DNA from: Camelus dromedarius
Lineage: Eukaryota
Assembly: GCF_036321535.1 (NCBI RefSeq)
Contig: NC_087472.1
Coordinates: 38,254,001-38,318,000 of the forward strand
DNA length: 64,000 nucleotides
Direction of reading: 5' to 3'
Shown here: piece by piece, positions 36,621-50,188 of the stretch
Position numbering within the stretch: position 1 is the first letter of the stretch
Layout: each line of letters opens with the position of its first letter
The notes under the pieces: model-generated
Told to the model about the DNA's origin: nothing
Databases searched by the model: none
The model's input: only the letters and a program-made list of their open reading frames with translations
Made by a program: the position numbers and the translations under genes

Positions 36621-38079
36621 CAATACAAGCTGCTGAGTGAGGAGCCTGGGCCCCAACTTCCACAGATCCAACCCAGAGCCAAAGCCAACTTCAGAGCCAG
36701 CAGCTGGCAGGGCCCCTCGGTAGCCAGTCCAGGATTCAGTTTCTGTGTTAGAGGTTGAAACACTCTGCTCTAAAATCGTCACTGGTACCCAAGGTACAGT
36801 CTTGGGCCCAGGGCAGTCTGCCAGTCACCAGTGAGTTCCATCCTCACCTCCTCTTAGATCTACATGTATAGACAATGAGGACAGTGAGGGAACCAAAATG
36901 GACCTTGAATGATTTGAGAAAATACAGCTCCTCCATGCCTCCCCTCAGCAGCTACCACTGTCACTCTCCTTTCCTCTGTCCATCCCAGCCCTCACTCCTT
37001 TAACTGTCACTCCTGTTAAAGAGGAGAGGGTAGGAACTCCAAACATGCTGAGATTCCTGGTAGAAGCCACTATAGAGATGGAGGGGATTATATCCCTTTA
37101 CAGAGTGCCCAGCACACAGTACATTAACTCAAAAAATACTTGTTGAGTAAGTTGAATGGATGGATGGATGGATGGACAGATGGATGGATAGCAGCCAGGA
37201 AGCCCCCATCCCCATCCTCCTACACAAACATACTCATACTCAAAGCCCCAGCAGCTCCAGGCCAGGGCAAAGGATAAGAGAAGCATTCTTCTTTCCTCTC
37301 TCCATTTGTGAGAACAGGGTGTGTATGAGCGAGAGTAACAAATTGGTTTAGGGTGGGTTGCTTAACTTCACAGATTTGCCTCTAAAAATTCTATAAGCTT
37401 TGATGGCACTGGAATTTAGGAGAAAGAATACTTCCTGGCCCAAAGGACTTGGGACTAGTGCTTACAAAGTTTCTACAGAGGCTGAGAATTATTATCACCA
37501 TCATCATCATTGTTACGGAAAACCCTCAGCTAGGAAATAACTAGCATGTATGTGTTTTCTTTTGAGATAAAATGGTAAAAACTTAAGCTGCTGGTTTCAG
37601 TAAAAGGTTAGCCATAAGGTCTGATCTCTTCTTTAAAACAAGCAAACAAAATGGGAACCAATTGCTCCCTCCCCCAAGCTAGGCTTTCAGAGCTTTGGGA
37701 GGGGCCCCTCCTGCCTGGCCAAAGCAGCAGCAGCCAGGCCCCCAGGCAGGCCCAGAAAGGGCCTTTGATTGCCTAAGGGGGTTTGGAAGCACATCCGGCT
37801 TCTCAATCTACACACCCCCAACTGAGCATTTCTGAGCTCCCCAGCCCAGCCCGGGCCTGGCCCAGTCGGCCCTAGTCTTAGCCCTGGCAGTGTGCTGGCT
37901 TTCTCAGCACCATCCAGACCCAGGGCCCCAGGAGTCCTTCACAGCTGACTCAGAATGACTTGGAGGGGGAAGTTGGCTAGAAGAAAGACCAGAGGAACAC
38001 TCTGAGAACTCCTCTGGGCTGGCACAGCACAGAACACACACCAAACACTTGGGGACCTGACTCACTGCTCACGCCTAGG

Positions 38080-38109
38080 GCCAGCTCGCCAGCTCGCCAG
38101 CTCGCCAGC
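38080..38109. repeat. 8-bp tandem repeat (GCCAGCTC) x about 3.7
   Basis: gccagctc gccagctc gccagctc gccagc. Confidence 0.9.
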
Positions 38110-39066
38110 CCACCGAGCCCAAGCAGAGTCTGAGTTTAGAAGGAGGCAGGAGAGTGAACTGGATGGGTACTTGCTCCCTACTTTGACTGCTCTTGGACTT
38201 GCTCAGATCACAAGGAGCACTTGGAACCCTCCTTTACTTTTCTTTGTCTATCTCTAGACAAAGCATTCAGGCTGCATGTACAAAAAGAGAATACCAGCCT
38301 TCAGGAAAATAAAGCCTCAGAGTTTGTTTTGAGGCGTACAACAACGTCTTTCCCTAAATCTCTCTCCCACTGACCCGACCATGGTGGAAATGTCCTCCCC
38401 TCCTCGTTTCTTTGCTTTGCTTTGCTTAAGGCACTAAGAGCTCCTGTGAAAAATGAGAATATTACCAACGAGACAAAAAACATGAAGCTATTATCAGCTA
38501 TCAACACCTAAGATCTAATTAGTAGATTATAATAATGGCTAACATTATTGAGCATTTACTCCAGGCTAGGCACTGTCTGAAGTGCTTTGCACACGTTATT
38601 AGTGCATTTCATCCTCATAGCAGATTAAAAATAGCTTCTATTATTACCCCCACTTCATAGACATAGTGAGGTTACATGACTTGCCCAAGGTCACACAGCT
38701 AATGCATTAGGGAGCCAAGACTTACCCTAGATCTCTCTGAGCAATGCCCGCGTGATTAACCATTATGCTATACAGCCTCCATCCATCTCGTAGTGGCCTG
38801 ATCAGATGTCAGGCCTAAGTAGTTCATTGAGACAAATGTGACAAGGGCAGAAGAATTCCCTCGATAGTTTTTCTAATCCTTTGTGCCTTTTCTCAGGCTA
38901 TTTCCTCTACTCAAAATGTCTCCCTTCCCTTTAGCTATGAATGGAGTATAAAAGGGAAAAGACAAATGACCTTGACCTTGAGATGATGTGGGGTGGAGCT
39001 CTCCAGTTTGTTATGGTCCGCACACTGCCCTCTGTACCCTGCTGATTTATATTACCTGTTTAGATA

Positions 39067-39625
39067 NNNNNNNNNNNNNNNNNNNNNNNNNNNNNNNNNN
39101 NNNNNNNNNNNNNNNNNNNNNNNNNNNNNNNNNNNNNNNNNNNNNNNNNNNNNNNNNNNNNNNNNNNNNNNNNNNNNNNNNNNNNNNNNNNNNNNNNNNN
39201 NNNNNNNNNNNNNNNNNNNNNNNNNNNNNNNNNNNNNNNNNNNNNNNNTAAGCCCGACAAGAGAAAGAAAAATACCATATGATATCACTTATATGTGGAA
39301 TCTTAAAAAAGGACACAAATGAACTTATTTATAAAACAGACAGACTCACAGCCACAGAGAACAAACTTATGGTAACTGGGGGAAAGGTGGATGGGAAGGG
39401 ATAAATTGGGAGTTTGAGATTTGCAGATACTAACTACTATATATAAAATAGGTAACAATAAGTTTATATTGTATAGCATAGGGACCTATATTCAACATCT
39501 TATAGTAACCTATAATGAAAAAGAATATGAAAAGGAATATATGTATGTATATGTATGACTGAAACATTATACTGTACACCAGAAATGGACACAACACTGT
39601 AAACTGACTATACTTCAATAAAGAA
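39067..39625 (+). mobile_element. L1 3' end (5' part in N-gap)
   Basis: aataccatatgatatcacttatatgtggaatct...aactgactatacttcaataaag. Confidence 0.85.
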
Positions 39626-40369
39626 AACATTATTTTAAATTACCTGTTTAGCTCCTGGGGCTTTTCAGTGGTGCCATCCCATAAGGTACCAAAGGTACAT
39701 TCCTTACTGTTACTGGTCTTCTGGGGTACTTGGAAGAGGATGGTTTGTTTTTTGTTTCCTGGAGATTGTCAGGATGGATTAAGAGTCTCTAGTTGTGTTT
39801 CAGGAGAGGTAACATCTTTGCTTAACATCACAACTCGATAGAAAAGTTCACTCTGACATTTAAACCCCGGGGAGACTAATTTTCACCCACGAGACATCAG
39901 GACAAACTGGAGCAAGTACAGAGGCTAGCTTCAACTATTTTTCTGAAGAGAGCAAAGAAAGATCAAAGGAGGTCAGGCCAGAAGCTTTGATCGTAGCTCC
40001 ACCCTGGTAACCTGCAGGAGGATGTTTGAGACCCACCCTAGTATTACTGAACACGACTTTGCTAAGTGAACAAGAACATGTGGGGCATTTCAGGCAAAGA
40101 GAAAGCCTGTGCAAAAATGCTGAGAGAGCACGGCTTGCTAAGAGACTATAGGTACTACCTCAGTGTGACTAAGTTAAGGCAGGGTTACAGGTGGGAAACG
40201 GGAGGAGGGGGCAGGAGATGAAGCTTTGGAAGCACACCCGGAGGCTCTAGAACACCACACTAAGGGGCATTTGCATTTTTGTACTTTTTTTTCCCCAAGC
40301 AGGGAAGCCACACTGTCAGATTTATGTTTTAGAAATATCATTCTAGTAGCTTTCATTGAAAGGACAATT

Positions 40370-41094
40370 TTTGAAACTTGAAGTGTAGTTGATTTACAAT
40401 ATTTCAGGTGTACAACACAGTGATTAAATTTTTTCATAGGTTATACTCCATTTAAAATTATTACAAAATAATGGTTCTGCTGTAAAATATATCCTTGTTA
40501 TTTATTTATTTTACATATAGTAGTTTCTGTCTCTTAATCCCCTAGCTCTATGTTGCCCCTCCTGCTTCCCTTCCCCACTGGTAACCACTAAGTTCTCTAA
40601 GTCTGTTTCTGTTCTGTTATATTCACTATTTTGTTTTATTTTTTAGACTCCATATACATACAAGTGATAACATACAATATTTGTCTCTCTCTGATATATT
40701 TCACTAAGTGTAATATTCTCTAAGTTTATCCATGTTGCTGCAANNNNNNNNNNNNNNNNNNNNNNNNNNNNNNNNNNNNNNNNNNNNNNNNNNNNNNNNN
40801 NNNNNNNNNNNNNNNNNNNNNNNNNNNNNNNNNNNNNNNNNNNNNNNNNNNNNNNNNNNNNNNNNNNNNNNNNNNNNNNNNNNNNNNNNNNNNNNTCTTT
40901 NNNNNNNNNNNNNNNNNNNNNNNNNNNNNNNNNNNNNNNNNNNNNNNNNNNNNNNNNNNNNNNNNNNNNNNNNNNNNNNNNNNNNNNNNNNNNNNNNNNN
41001 NNNNNNNNNNNNNNNNNNNNNNNNNNNNNNNNNNNNNNNNNNNNNNNNNNNNNNNNNNNNNNNNNNNNNNNNNNNNNNNNNNNNNNNNNNNNNN
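40370..41094 (-). mobile_element. L1 3' end (partly N)
   Basis: ttgaagtgtagttgatttacaat...tttatccatgttgctgcaa. Confidence 0.8.
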
Positions 41095-43467
41095 TTACCG
41101 CATGCCTGCTGCATGCTGTGCTAGACCCCAGCTAGACCCCAGGGGCACAGAGAAAACTTGGAAACTGCCTTCAAGTTGCTTATAGCCTAATGGCTATAAC
41201 TCATGAAACATAAATACAATCGCATGCAACAAAGGATGAATTAGAGGGGAGGAAGTCTGGAAGTCTGGACACCTGGTAGGAGGCAGCTGTAGTCCTCATC
41301 AGATGCGGGCCTGAGGAGGCATTTGGTGGTGAGAGCAGAACATTGCCCCCACCCTTAATGGATCTTCGTCATATTATTCTTTCCTTTTTATCATTTCTTC
41401 CTAGCTTTACTACTTGATGAGTTGCTGAAAGGGAAATAAACCGTGAATAGCTTTTTTGTCCTGGGGAGAGGTGGTGTAGGTAATTTGCATTGTCATTCTA
41501 CAGCCTTGTTCATTGGCTCCCTGACCATGTTTACCAAAAGTACTATTTCAGATCATTCCTACTCTTCTCAAACACCCAACCCAAGCCCACTTACCTCAGC
41601 AAATAACCTCTATTCTTGTTTGGCTGAGAAGGTGGATGTTATCCCTGTAGAAGTCTTCTCTACCTCAGAATTTCTTCCAGTCTTCTTCCCCTTTCATCAT
41701 CTCTTGACAAAGGAACCCTCCCACCCCCTTTTTCCTCACCAAGGTCAATACCTCGGCTCATGACCTCACACCTCTTCCTATCTCCTCTAGGACCTTCTCC
41801 ATAAATTTTGGTCTTTCTCTCGCTTTTATCTTCAATCTTTTCTTTGCTTATGACACATTCCCCTGCTGTCTAAAAACATGTGAGGAGCCGGAAGTCTGCT
41901 GACTTCTGTGAGCTGGGAGGTGGGAAGACTGTTTCCCCACTAGAGAAAGCCCACCGCCCACAGCAACCCACCTCACACACACAACCAGGTCGAGATTTAC
42001 CAATAAGTTGGAGAAAGTTTGGAGGGAAGTCACATCATCAGGGCAAAGAATTCTCAGGTTTCAGGTAAGACTGGGAAGTAAAAAGCAGCACTAAGAAAAT
42101 GCAGAGGAAAAGAATAATACACCTTTGCCAGTTATTTGCAGAGTGTTTTTGCCACATTGTTTTATGTTGCAGAGATCGGTTCCAATAAATGGGGATTTCA
42201 TGCAGCAAAACTGAAAGGGTTAAGTCAAGGGGCAGACAGAGGTAAAATGCCTCAGGAGAAGTTGGGATGTGAGAATGGGTCAGACAGTAGGAGAGAGGGA
42301 GTGTCACCAAGTGTGTGTGACATGGAGGAAATGGAGAGGTAAGCTGGAGGAATTTGTTAGGAATGTAGGGCACACTGGCTGAAAAGGCTAGATTTTGTCA
42401 TTAGAGTCGATAAGGAATAAGGCGAAGCCACGGTCGACCAGGGTTGAAGAATCAGTGTTGTCCCAGTCAATGTTCTGAGCATACTCTGCTGCTTTTGTTC
42501 AACATCTCAAAATGTGGAGCTCATCTGACACACTTGGTTGCCTCCCACCCTCTTCTGCTGGTTTTCAAGTTTCTGCTAAGCCAGACCCAGCAGCTGGGAT
42601 GTTATATAACCAAATATTATGTTCTACTTATGTTTTTAAATCTATTCCATTTAGACCCAAACCATTCAAGCTCCAGTAAAAGTGGTACAGTGGCAGGAGC
42701 ACTGAATTAGGAGTCAGAAGACAAAGGTTCTAGTCCCAATTTTGCTACTAAACTGCTGTTCATCTTTTTGAGCCTTGGGGTTTTTGTTTTCTTCACCAGA
42801 AAGAGGATAATATCTACCCTGTTCACTTGATTCGGTTGAGAGTCAAACAGGATAATGAATATGAATATATGTGGAATATATTGAAATTATAAAGGGCTAT
42901 TCAAATGCAAGAGATTATTATTTCCATTGCTTCAAGGTCCTGGTGGTTCTCCTATCTGCAGAAGACATAAAGACACAGAGCAATTTTTAGCATCTAAGGA
43001 AGCCAAGCCAGGAATGTAATTAGCTCCCCGTTTCCATGACAGATCAGATACTATAGCGCTTTAAGTAGACACACCAACAAGGCAGTCAGACTCTTATTCA
43101 CCATCCTTCACATTATCAACCTTCTCATCCTTCTTCCAGTCCAGAAGGTGACATACACACATAACAACCTTCACATAAGAGATTCTAGGATAGGATGCAC
43201 ACCACAATAAGAATTACTGGTTTTATAGGTGAACGAGAGCTGCTGCTGATTTGTACTTTCACTGTGTTTAGGTTGCAGGGGCAAGACGGGCATTTCTTGC
43301 CGATAACTTCATTGAGAGGAGGAGGGAACTAACATTTTTGGAGCTCAGCCTCTATGCCAAACACAGTGCAAGGCACTTGACAGTTGTTATCTCCTGTAAC
43401 GCTCACAACAACTAGGCAAGGTAAAGATTATTTTTCCCAACTCTACACACACAAAAAAACCTGCATC

Positions 43468-43517
43468 TAATTGACACAACATTGTAAAATGACTGTAACT
43501 CAATAAAAAAAATGTTA
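43468..43517 (+). mobile_element. About 50-nt extremely truncated L1 tail inserted into a MIR
   Basis: aattgacacaacattgtaaaatgactgtaactcaataaaaaaaa flanked by aaaaaaacctgcatc / aaaaaaacccctgcatc; MIR core resumes with gttaagtaacttactcaag. Confidence 0.85.
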
Positions 43518-44529
43518 AAAAAAACCCCTGCATCCCGGAGATGTTAAGTAACTTACTCAAGTTCATAAAGCTAGTAAGACACGCAAGCTGGAATCCCATC
43601 CCCAATTCATTTGACTTCAATGTTGATGCTCTCCTCACTTCTCTCCTTCTTTCAGGCAGGACCTCAATATTCCAAATAGGGCACCTCCTAGAAATGACCA
43701 TTTCTTGTTGCACTTGAGAGCACACACTGACATATCATCTGGCAAGTACCATGGCCACCAACAGGTAGAGGCCCCTTTCAGGGATGCCTTTAAATTCTGA
43801 AGTTATTTTGGAATGTAAAGCAATCCTGGGCCTAATAGACAAGAGCTGTCTATCCTTTATACTGAGTAGTGAGCTCTAGACATCTTGCAAGACAGGCAAG
43901 ATATTTGCTTGACAGAGGCAAAGTGAAAACTTCAAGGTGAGAATCTATTCATGTTAAGAGGATGCCTCACACCACATTCTCTGGCCAATAACCAATCAAA
44001 CGCAGAGCTACCATACTGGTCCCTGCTTAAAGTCACTTTTAAATTCAGTCTTCTAAGGGTGAATAGACTTGGTAGATATCTACTTGGTATGATTTGAGAG
44101 GACTGAAATGCTATCACTAATCAAAATGATTTCCCCCGCTGGCCCTGCTATGAGGTTTGCAATTCCCTACTAAACACTTCTTTCAGGTTAAGGCATCTGT
44201 CAAAATGTAAGTGCTATCTTCAGTCACGATACGTCATACTCATTAGTTCATCACTTTCATTCTCAGCACCAGACAGGTATGGGATACAGGGAAAATCATG
44301 CTGAAGGGGAAAGCAGAGAGAAAGCTTCAGTGTGATGTGTGACAGGCAGCTAGAGTCCAGCAAGTTCAGATCAAGACACTTAGAAACCCCAAGTACCAAA
44401 GACATAATGTTACAAACCCTATATGCCCATATATCATTCAAAATAAAAAATAATATTAACCTGTAAACTAAGCATAAAATGGTTCAACAAAATCTGATCT
44501 TTCCCATAATGACTACTGCAATTCATTTT

Positions 44530-45210
44530 TGTTGCCATACAATTCATTTTTTAAAGCCTACAATTCAAAGGCATTTAGTATATTCAAAGTTGTACAACCA
44601 TCACCAAGATCAATTTTAGAATATTTTCATCACTCTCTCCCCCAAAACAATCCCCATATCAGACACTCCCTATTTCCCTCACTCCCTCCCAGCCATAGGC
44701 AACCACTAATCTACTTCTGGTCTATGTAGATTTTCCTATTCTGGATGTTTTACATAAAAGGAATCCTACAATATGTTTTATATCTTTTGTGTCTGGTGTC
44801 TTTCACTCAGCATAATGCTANNNNNNNNNNNNNNNNNNNNNNNNNNNNNNNNNNNNNNNNNNNNNNNNNNNNNNNNNNNNNNNNNNNNNNNNNNNNNNNN
44901 NNNNNNNNNNNNNNNNNNNNNNNNNNNNNNNNNNNNNNNNNNNNNNNNNNNNNNNNNNNNNNNNNNNNNNNNNNNNNNNNNNNNCTGTGTGTACCAGTTT
45001 TTGTATGGACATATGTTNNNNNNNNNNNNNNNNNNNNNNNNNNNNNNNNNNNNNNNNNNNNNNNNNNNNNNNNNNNNNNNNNNNNNNNNNNNNNNNNNNN
45101 NNNNNNNNNNNNNNNNNNNNNNNNNNNNNNNNNNNNNNNNNNNNNNNNNNNNNNNATTGTCTCTCTTTTTGACTATAGCCATCCTATAGGGTATGAAGTT
45201 GTATTTCACT
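44530..45210 (-). mobile_element. L1MB-type 3' end (partly N)
   Basis: gttgtacaaccatcacc...ggcaaccactaatctactt. Confidence 0.8.
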
Positions 45211-46147
45211 GTGTCAAGCCTTTTTTGAAATATCAAATATCCAGTTCTTCTAAAAAAAAATCTTTAATGCCTCTATTTAGCTGGTTTCCTAACCATATGC
45301 TTGATCTGCCTATTATTAGACCAGCCAGGACTGAGATCAGCTAGAATTGATTTGTTTCCTGGGGTTAGAGGGCACATCAGGGAGGGTCTATCATGTAAAA
45401 CATTTCCAACACCAAACCAAGACACAAAGATGACTAAGCCACACTTCCTGTTTATTAGGGGAGTCAGTCACCTACTCAAACAACTACAAAGTAGAATGAG
45501 AGAAGCACTATAATAAGGCAATGGAAGTACGCAGGAGAATCAGGGCAAACCAGATGCAGTGCTCTCAAAATACAGTGCTAAGCAGCCCCAAACATCAACA
45601 GAGCAGCCTGGCTTCCACCCCTACCCAGCCACAGCATGAATCCAGAGTCTTCTTGGAAACAGTTATAAGAGCAGGGGATAAGGCTCTTAGAGATATACTC
45701 TCCTGGACCTGCGAGGTGTGTTTGTCATTTTCTCATTTCAATTACTATTCATACTTACTACCCACTGGCTGGCTCTTTCAGACTTGGCCTCATTACTTTC
45801 AATCTTATGTCAATTTGTAGGACCACACTGAAGAACGGTTATAAAGTGCTTTGTAATTCTCAAGTGAATTATAAATAATAATTGCAATCTGCTTACCAAC
45901 AACAACCAAATCCTATTCCAGTAGGTCCTCATTGCCCTCTCCTTAATCTACCATTTTACCTGAATTATTCCCATTACACCTCTTTGCATCAGTACATCCC
46001 AACTTCTGGAGATAATGCTTGCAACAAGCCAAGCCTCCAGAGAGCCTTTGCAATCTTAGAAGCACTTTGATTCAGTATTTTGCTTAGGAAATAGAACCAA
46101 GCCAGAGAGGTTGCTCCCATCTCATAACGGAGAGACAACTTATGAGC

Positions 46148-46497
46148 GTTACTATGAGGTGTTCCTGAAGAGCGACCGTGTGGCCTGCGTGGTGCAGAGT
46201 GGGGGCTGACCCACCAATGACTCTCAGGTGGTCTTCAAGAAGCACATTGAGAAAAGGGTGCGGAGCCTGCCTGAGACTGATGATCTCAGCAAGAAGATGG
46301 TGCTGAGTTCCTGGAGAGCCAGGTTTGATGCCATTTACCTCAGGGAGGAGGACACCAGGAAGCAGCAGGCCAGGATGACGGCCAGTGCAGCTTCTGAGCT
46401 GATTCTGAGCAAACAGCAACTCTATGAAATGTTCCAGAACATTCTTGGGATCAAGAAGTTCAAGCACCAGCTTCTGTACAATGTTTGCCAGGTAAGG
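46148..46497 (+). pseudogene. CADPS: CADPS (CAPS1) partial copy: end of exon 2 joined to all of exon 3, then a 5' splice site
   Basis: [113 protein letters not shown]|gtaagg. The exon-3 part is 333 nt with no indel and an in-frame TGA at 46207-46209. Residues [20 protein letters not shown] and FQN favour CADPS over CADPS2. Confidence 0.92.
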
Positions 46498-49400
46498 TTT
46501 CTGTCACTTGGACCCAGAGCAGGGCATGGAGAAATTACGTTATCAGAATGAAGTTCTGTGTGTCCTCCCTCTCTTATGCCCCCTTCAACCCATGAGAAAA
46601 CTGCAGCTATTAAGGATGTGGGTTTGGGGTACCCACTCCCCAGGTCCCAAGACTTTCTCCTGAGAGAAGCTAAGAGTAAGTGGTCTGCCTGAGCACAGCT
46701 AACTCACCTTCAGCAGACCAGAGAAGGTAATTTCACTTTTGAACTGCTCTCTACTTTTCTGAAGTGCAATTCAATTGTGCTTGAAAAGTCAAGCACAACC
46801 TAATTGCCCTCAACCATCTGTCTAAACCCTGCTCTGAGCAATGGGCCAGGGCTTTGTAAAAACACATGATTCTGCCTGAGGGAGGCCTTGGAGGAAGCCC
46901 TTTGGAAAATAGAGACCTCTACTCATTAATTTATTTCTTCAAATACTTATTGACCACTTACTAATTTTAATATTTCAGAGTAGTAATAGCATAGTGGTTA
47001 CCAGCACAGGAAGGCCAACTTCCTGGGCTCAAATTCTGACTCTAATGTCTGCTTACTGACTTTAGTTGCTCTCTGGGCAAAATGAAAATAATAAAATTAC
47101 TCATGCCATAGGGTAGACACGGGGATGAAATGAGATTCATACAGGAAGTGCCTAGCACATTGCCTGGTGCACGGGAAATTTTCAGTAAACGCTAGCTAAT
47201 GTTGCTATTCATGCAGGATCAGACCATATCCATCAGGGATCAATGAACAGGAGTAAAATTTTACAGCCCTTTGGCCAGTTTCATGGGCCCACTGCTGTAA
47301 CTGCTCTGGGGAAGAAGCATATGCTGAGAAGAGTGGTAGGAAAGGTGTTGTGATTGGAGGAGGTAACATAGAAATGACACTTGGATGCCAGAAAGCCACA
47401 TGTTGCACTACTGTAGAATATTAACACCAAAGAGGAAATTATTGAACATCAATACATCCTGCTCTGGGATAAATGATTCCTACTAACACAACCGAGCTTC
47501 TGCCAGTCCTGTTTTCTATCATACAACAAAGAGCTCAATGCAGACTTAGGGAAGTGACTGTTAGGTGAAAAGCCCGGAACCTAACAAATTATTCCAACTT
47601 TCTCCCAGTAGCACTTTTGTTGGATTAGTCCTGTGAGTTGGGGTACCTCAATTGATCCCAAAAAAGGGCAAAATATGGTGGTGAGAATATCCAACTGATG
47701 AGCTAACTGAGGAGAGGATTGATTTAGGATGACCTTGAATGGGTAGAGGGTCTTTTGCTGGGACAAGGCTCAAAAGGAAGTGAAGGTGAGAATACTGTTT
47801 TGACCATGCTAATGGCTGTCAAGCAGGAGTCTTTAACCCCATGCCTGACTTTCATGTTTATTGAGCATCTACTCTGTGCACAGTAGTGCTGAGCATTGTA
47901 AGGAATACAAAAGAAGCAACAAATGAACTTCCTGCTTCCAAACTGTTATTAAACTGCAGCGGAAAAATAGTCTGCATTTTCTGCCTATAACTGGTCTCCA
48001 GATTGGAGAGTACAATGGTAACAGCTGCACTAACTCAATTCACAAAGTGACATAAAACCATGCATGGGCACTTCTGTTTGTTATAGGACGGCAGCCAGAA
48101 CTGTATAAAATTCTATGCTTATGTTCTCTGTTGCACTAGTCTCTCATTGGACTGGCCATCCATAGTCTTTAAACAATAACCAACCCAGTGAAATGTCTCT
48201 GGCCCTCCCAGGGAAGGGCTGGTGGGCCCCAAGGGCATACACATCATTGGGTTACCATCACTGGGCATTCCTGTGCCGGCTCTGCTGTTTCCTCTCAAGT
48301 TCCTTTGCCATTTGAAGGCCGTTTTTGTTTTCCACTCCCGAAGGGCTGAACCTCAGAAACCGTGGGGGTGGTGAACAGCCATTTGTGAACTATCTAGTTG
48401 TGCAAGAACCAGGGCAATGGCAGACTGAGCAGAATGAACCCAGAGCTCCAAGGAGCCACCAACCCACACATCAGTACACTCTCCAGGTTCCTGTGTCCAA
48501 GTTCCTCACACCTCCCCCTGAGGGTAAGAAGCCTCACAGTGAGGGGGAGGGACCAGGCAAGGCAAGTAATTTTCTAGGATTATTTTTCTCTTCTACAAAA
48601 CGTTCTCAAAAAGTTCTCCTCTGCTGGTCGGGGCGGGTTAGGTGTAGTTCTGCTGAAAGCCAAGAGACAGCCCCTTCCAGCCACATGAATATCTGGTTAT
48701 ACTTCCTGACCCTCCCAGAGATAAGCCACGTTTAGCACCCACAGTGTCTAGTCTTTTTTTCTGTTCAAATCTACCAAGAGCCAAGCTACCCGAAGGATCT
48801 CTGTTTATTGAAAGCTTGCTCCTACTGCTATTACTAGGTCTTTTTATCACCTTTTCCTCCTCTTGGGGAAGCTCAGTGACTAAGAAACGAATTCTGACCA
48901 CAAGGGAAAAGAGTCTATGAGACTGCTAAGAGGGGATGATATTTAAACTGACCACCAGGCAGAGCAGGGCATTCCAGGCTGAAAGAGTGACAAGACCAAG
49001 GGTGAAGAGGTATGTAAGGGCATGGCGGGTTTAAGAAAGTGAATAGTTCAAGAACAGCTGAGTGGGGCTGCAGTGGAAGGTAGCAGTGAAGTGAGAATGA
49101 TGCCCAAAAGACTGGAACAAAGTAGGGTGGGGCCGAACGTGAAGGGCATTGAGTGCCAGGTTAAGGGGGTGGATTACTCCTCCAGGCAATGGGGTGTTCT
49201 AAGTAGATAAAGCACAATCCAGTCCACGTTTACCAAGAGAGCTCTGTGGAAGTAAGGAGGCTTGATAGGCAGAGGTAAAGAGACCATTGAGGAGGCTCTA
49301 GCAAAGGGCTAGCTAAGAAATGAGAGCCATGTCTAGGGCAGTGGCAGTGGCAGTGGGAACTGAAACGTGGCAGATTTGAACATACTACGAAGCAGTAAAC

Positions 49401-50188
49401 AACTGACTCTCCAGAAAAGAAAAGGGGGGGAAAGAACCCTGATTTAGAGGGCTTGCTGATTTCCATGTAATTATTTCCCCATGGCTGATTTCAAGCTACC
49501 AACTAGACGTCATTGGATGTGGAGTTAGGAAGAGGTGTGCTCAGTTGGCACTCTCGAGCCAGTGTGAGCCAGCATACCACTAGGAAGTGACCAATTCAAT
49601 GTAGGGGAAGAGAGAAAACATCAAAGGTGATGGACATGCCTCATTTGGATAAGTCCTAGATGTTAAGTTAATGGAGAAAGGGAAACCAGGAAGAAAAACA
49701 GACTTTGTCATTTGGTCTGGGGTGGGGAAGGACTAAGAGGTAAGAAGCATATCAGGAGAGAAATAGAATTTTCCTTTTAGACATGTGAGTTGGAAGTCCT
49801 AGCCCTGGAATTCTATTTTCAGTGAGGCTCTGCCTTAAAACAATAACTCACATTAATGGAATATTTATATTATGCTAAGCACATTATGTATTTTTATGAT
49901 CTTTCAGCTACACCACAACCCTATGGGTTGACAAATAGTAGTTGCACAAGAAATATCTTTAAAGTGAATAAATGAACTATTCTTGTTTTCTTCATTTTGC
50001 AAATAAGAGAAATGAGATACGAGTTGGTTAACTTATAAAAGGGCATACAGCTGGGACTCAGACTCAAGCCTGTGTGATTTCAGAACCACTCTGCTATACT
50101 ATACACGTGTGCTGTGGAGACAAACCATGGCAGGGACCTTTTCTCTTTTATCTTTCTAACTCTAGTCTATCAACATGCCTATACACAG

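Noticed and set aside
38988-41124. ORFs containing X runs (here and at the other gaps)
   Set aside because: Artefacts of N-gaps lacking stop codons.
43983-43996. Tandem CCAAT boxes as a promoter for the CADPS copy
   Set aside because: 2 kb away with an L1 in between; no other promoter features.
46084-46467. 127-aa minus-strand ORF
   Set aside because: It is the antisense shadow of the CADPS-derived sequence.
46775-46798. 10-bp perfect hairpin ttgtgcttga-aaag-tcaagcacaa (and a similar stem at 13298-13334)
   Set aside because: Stems of this length are near chance expectation in 64 kb.
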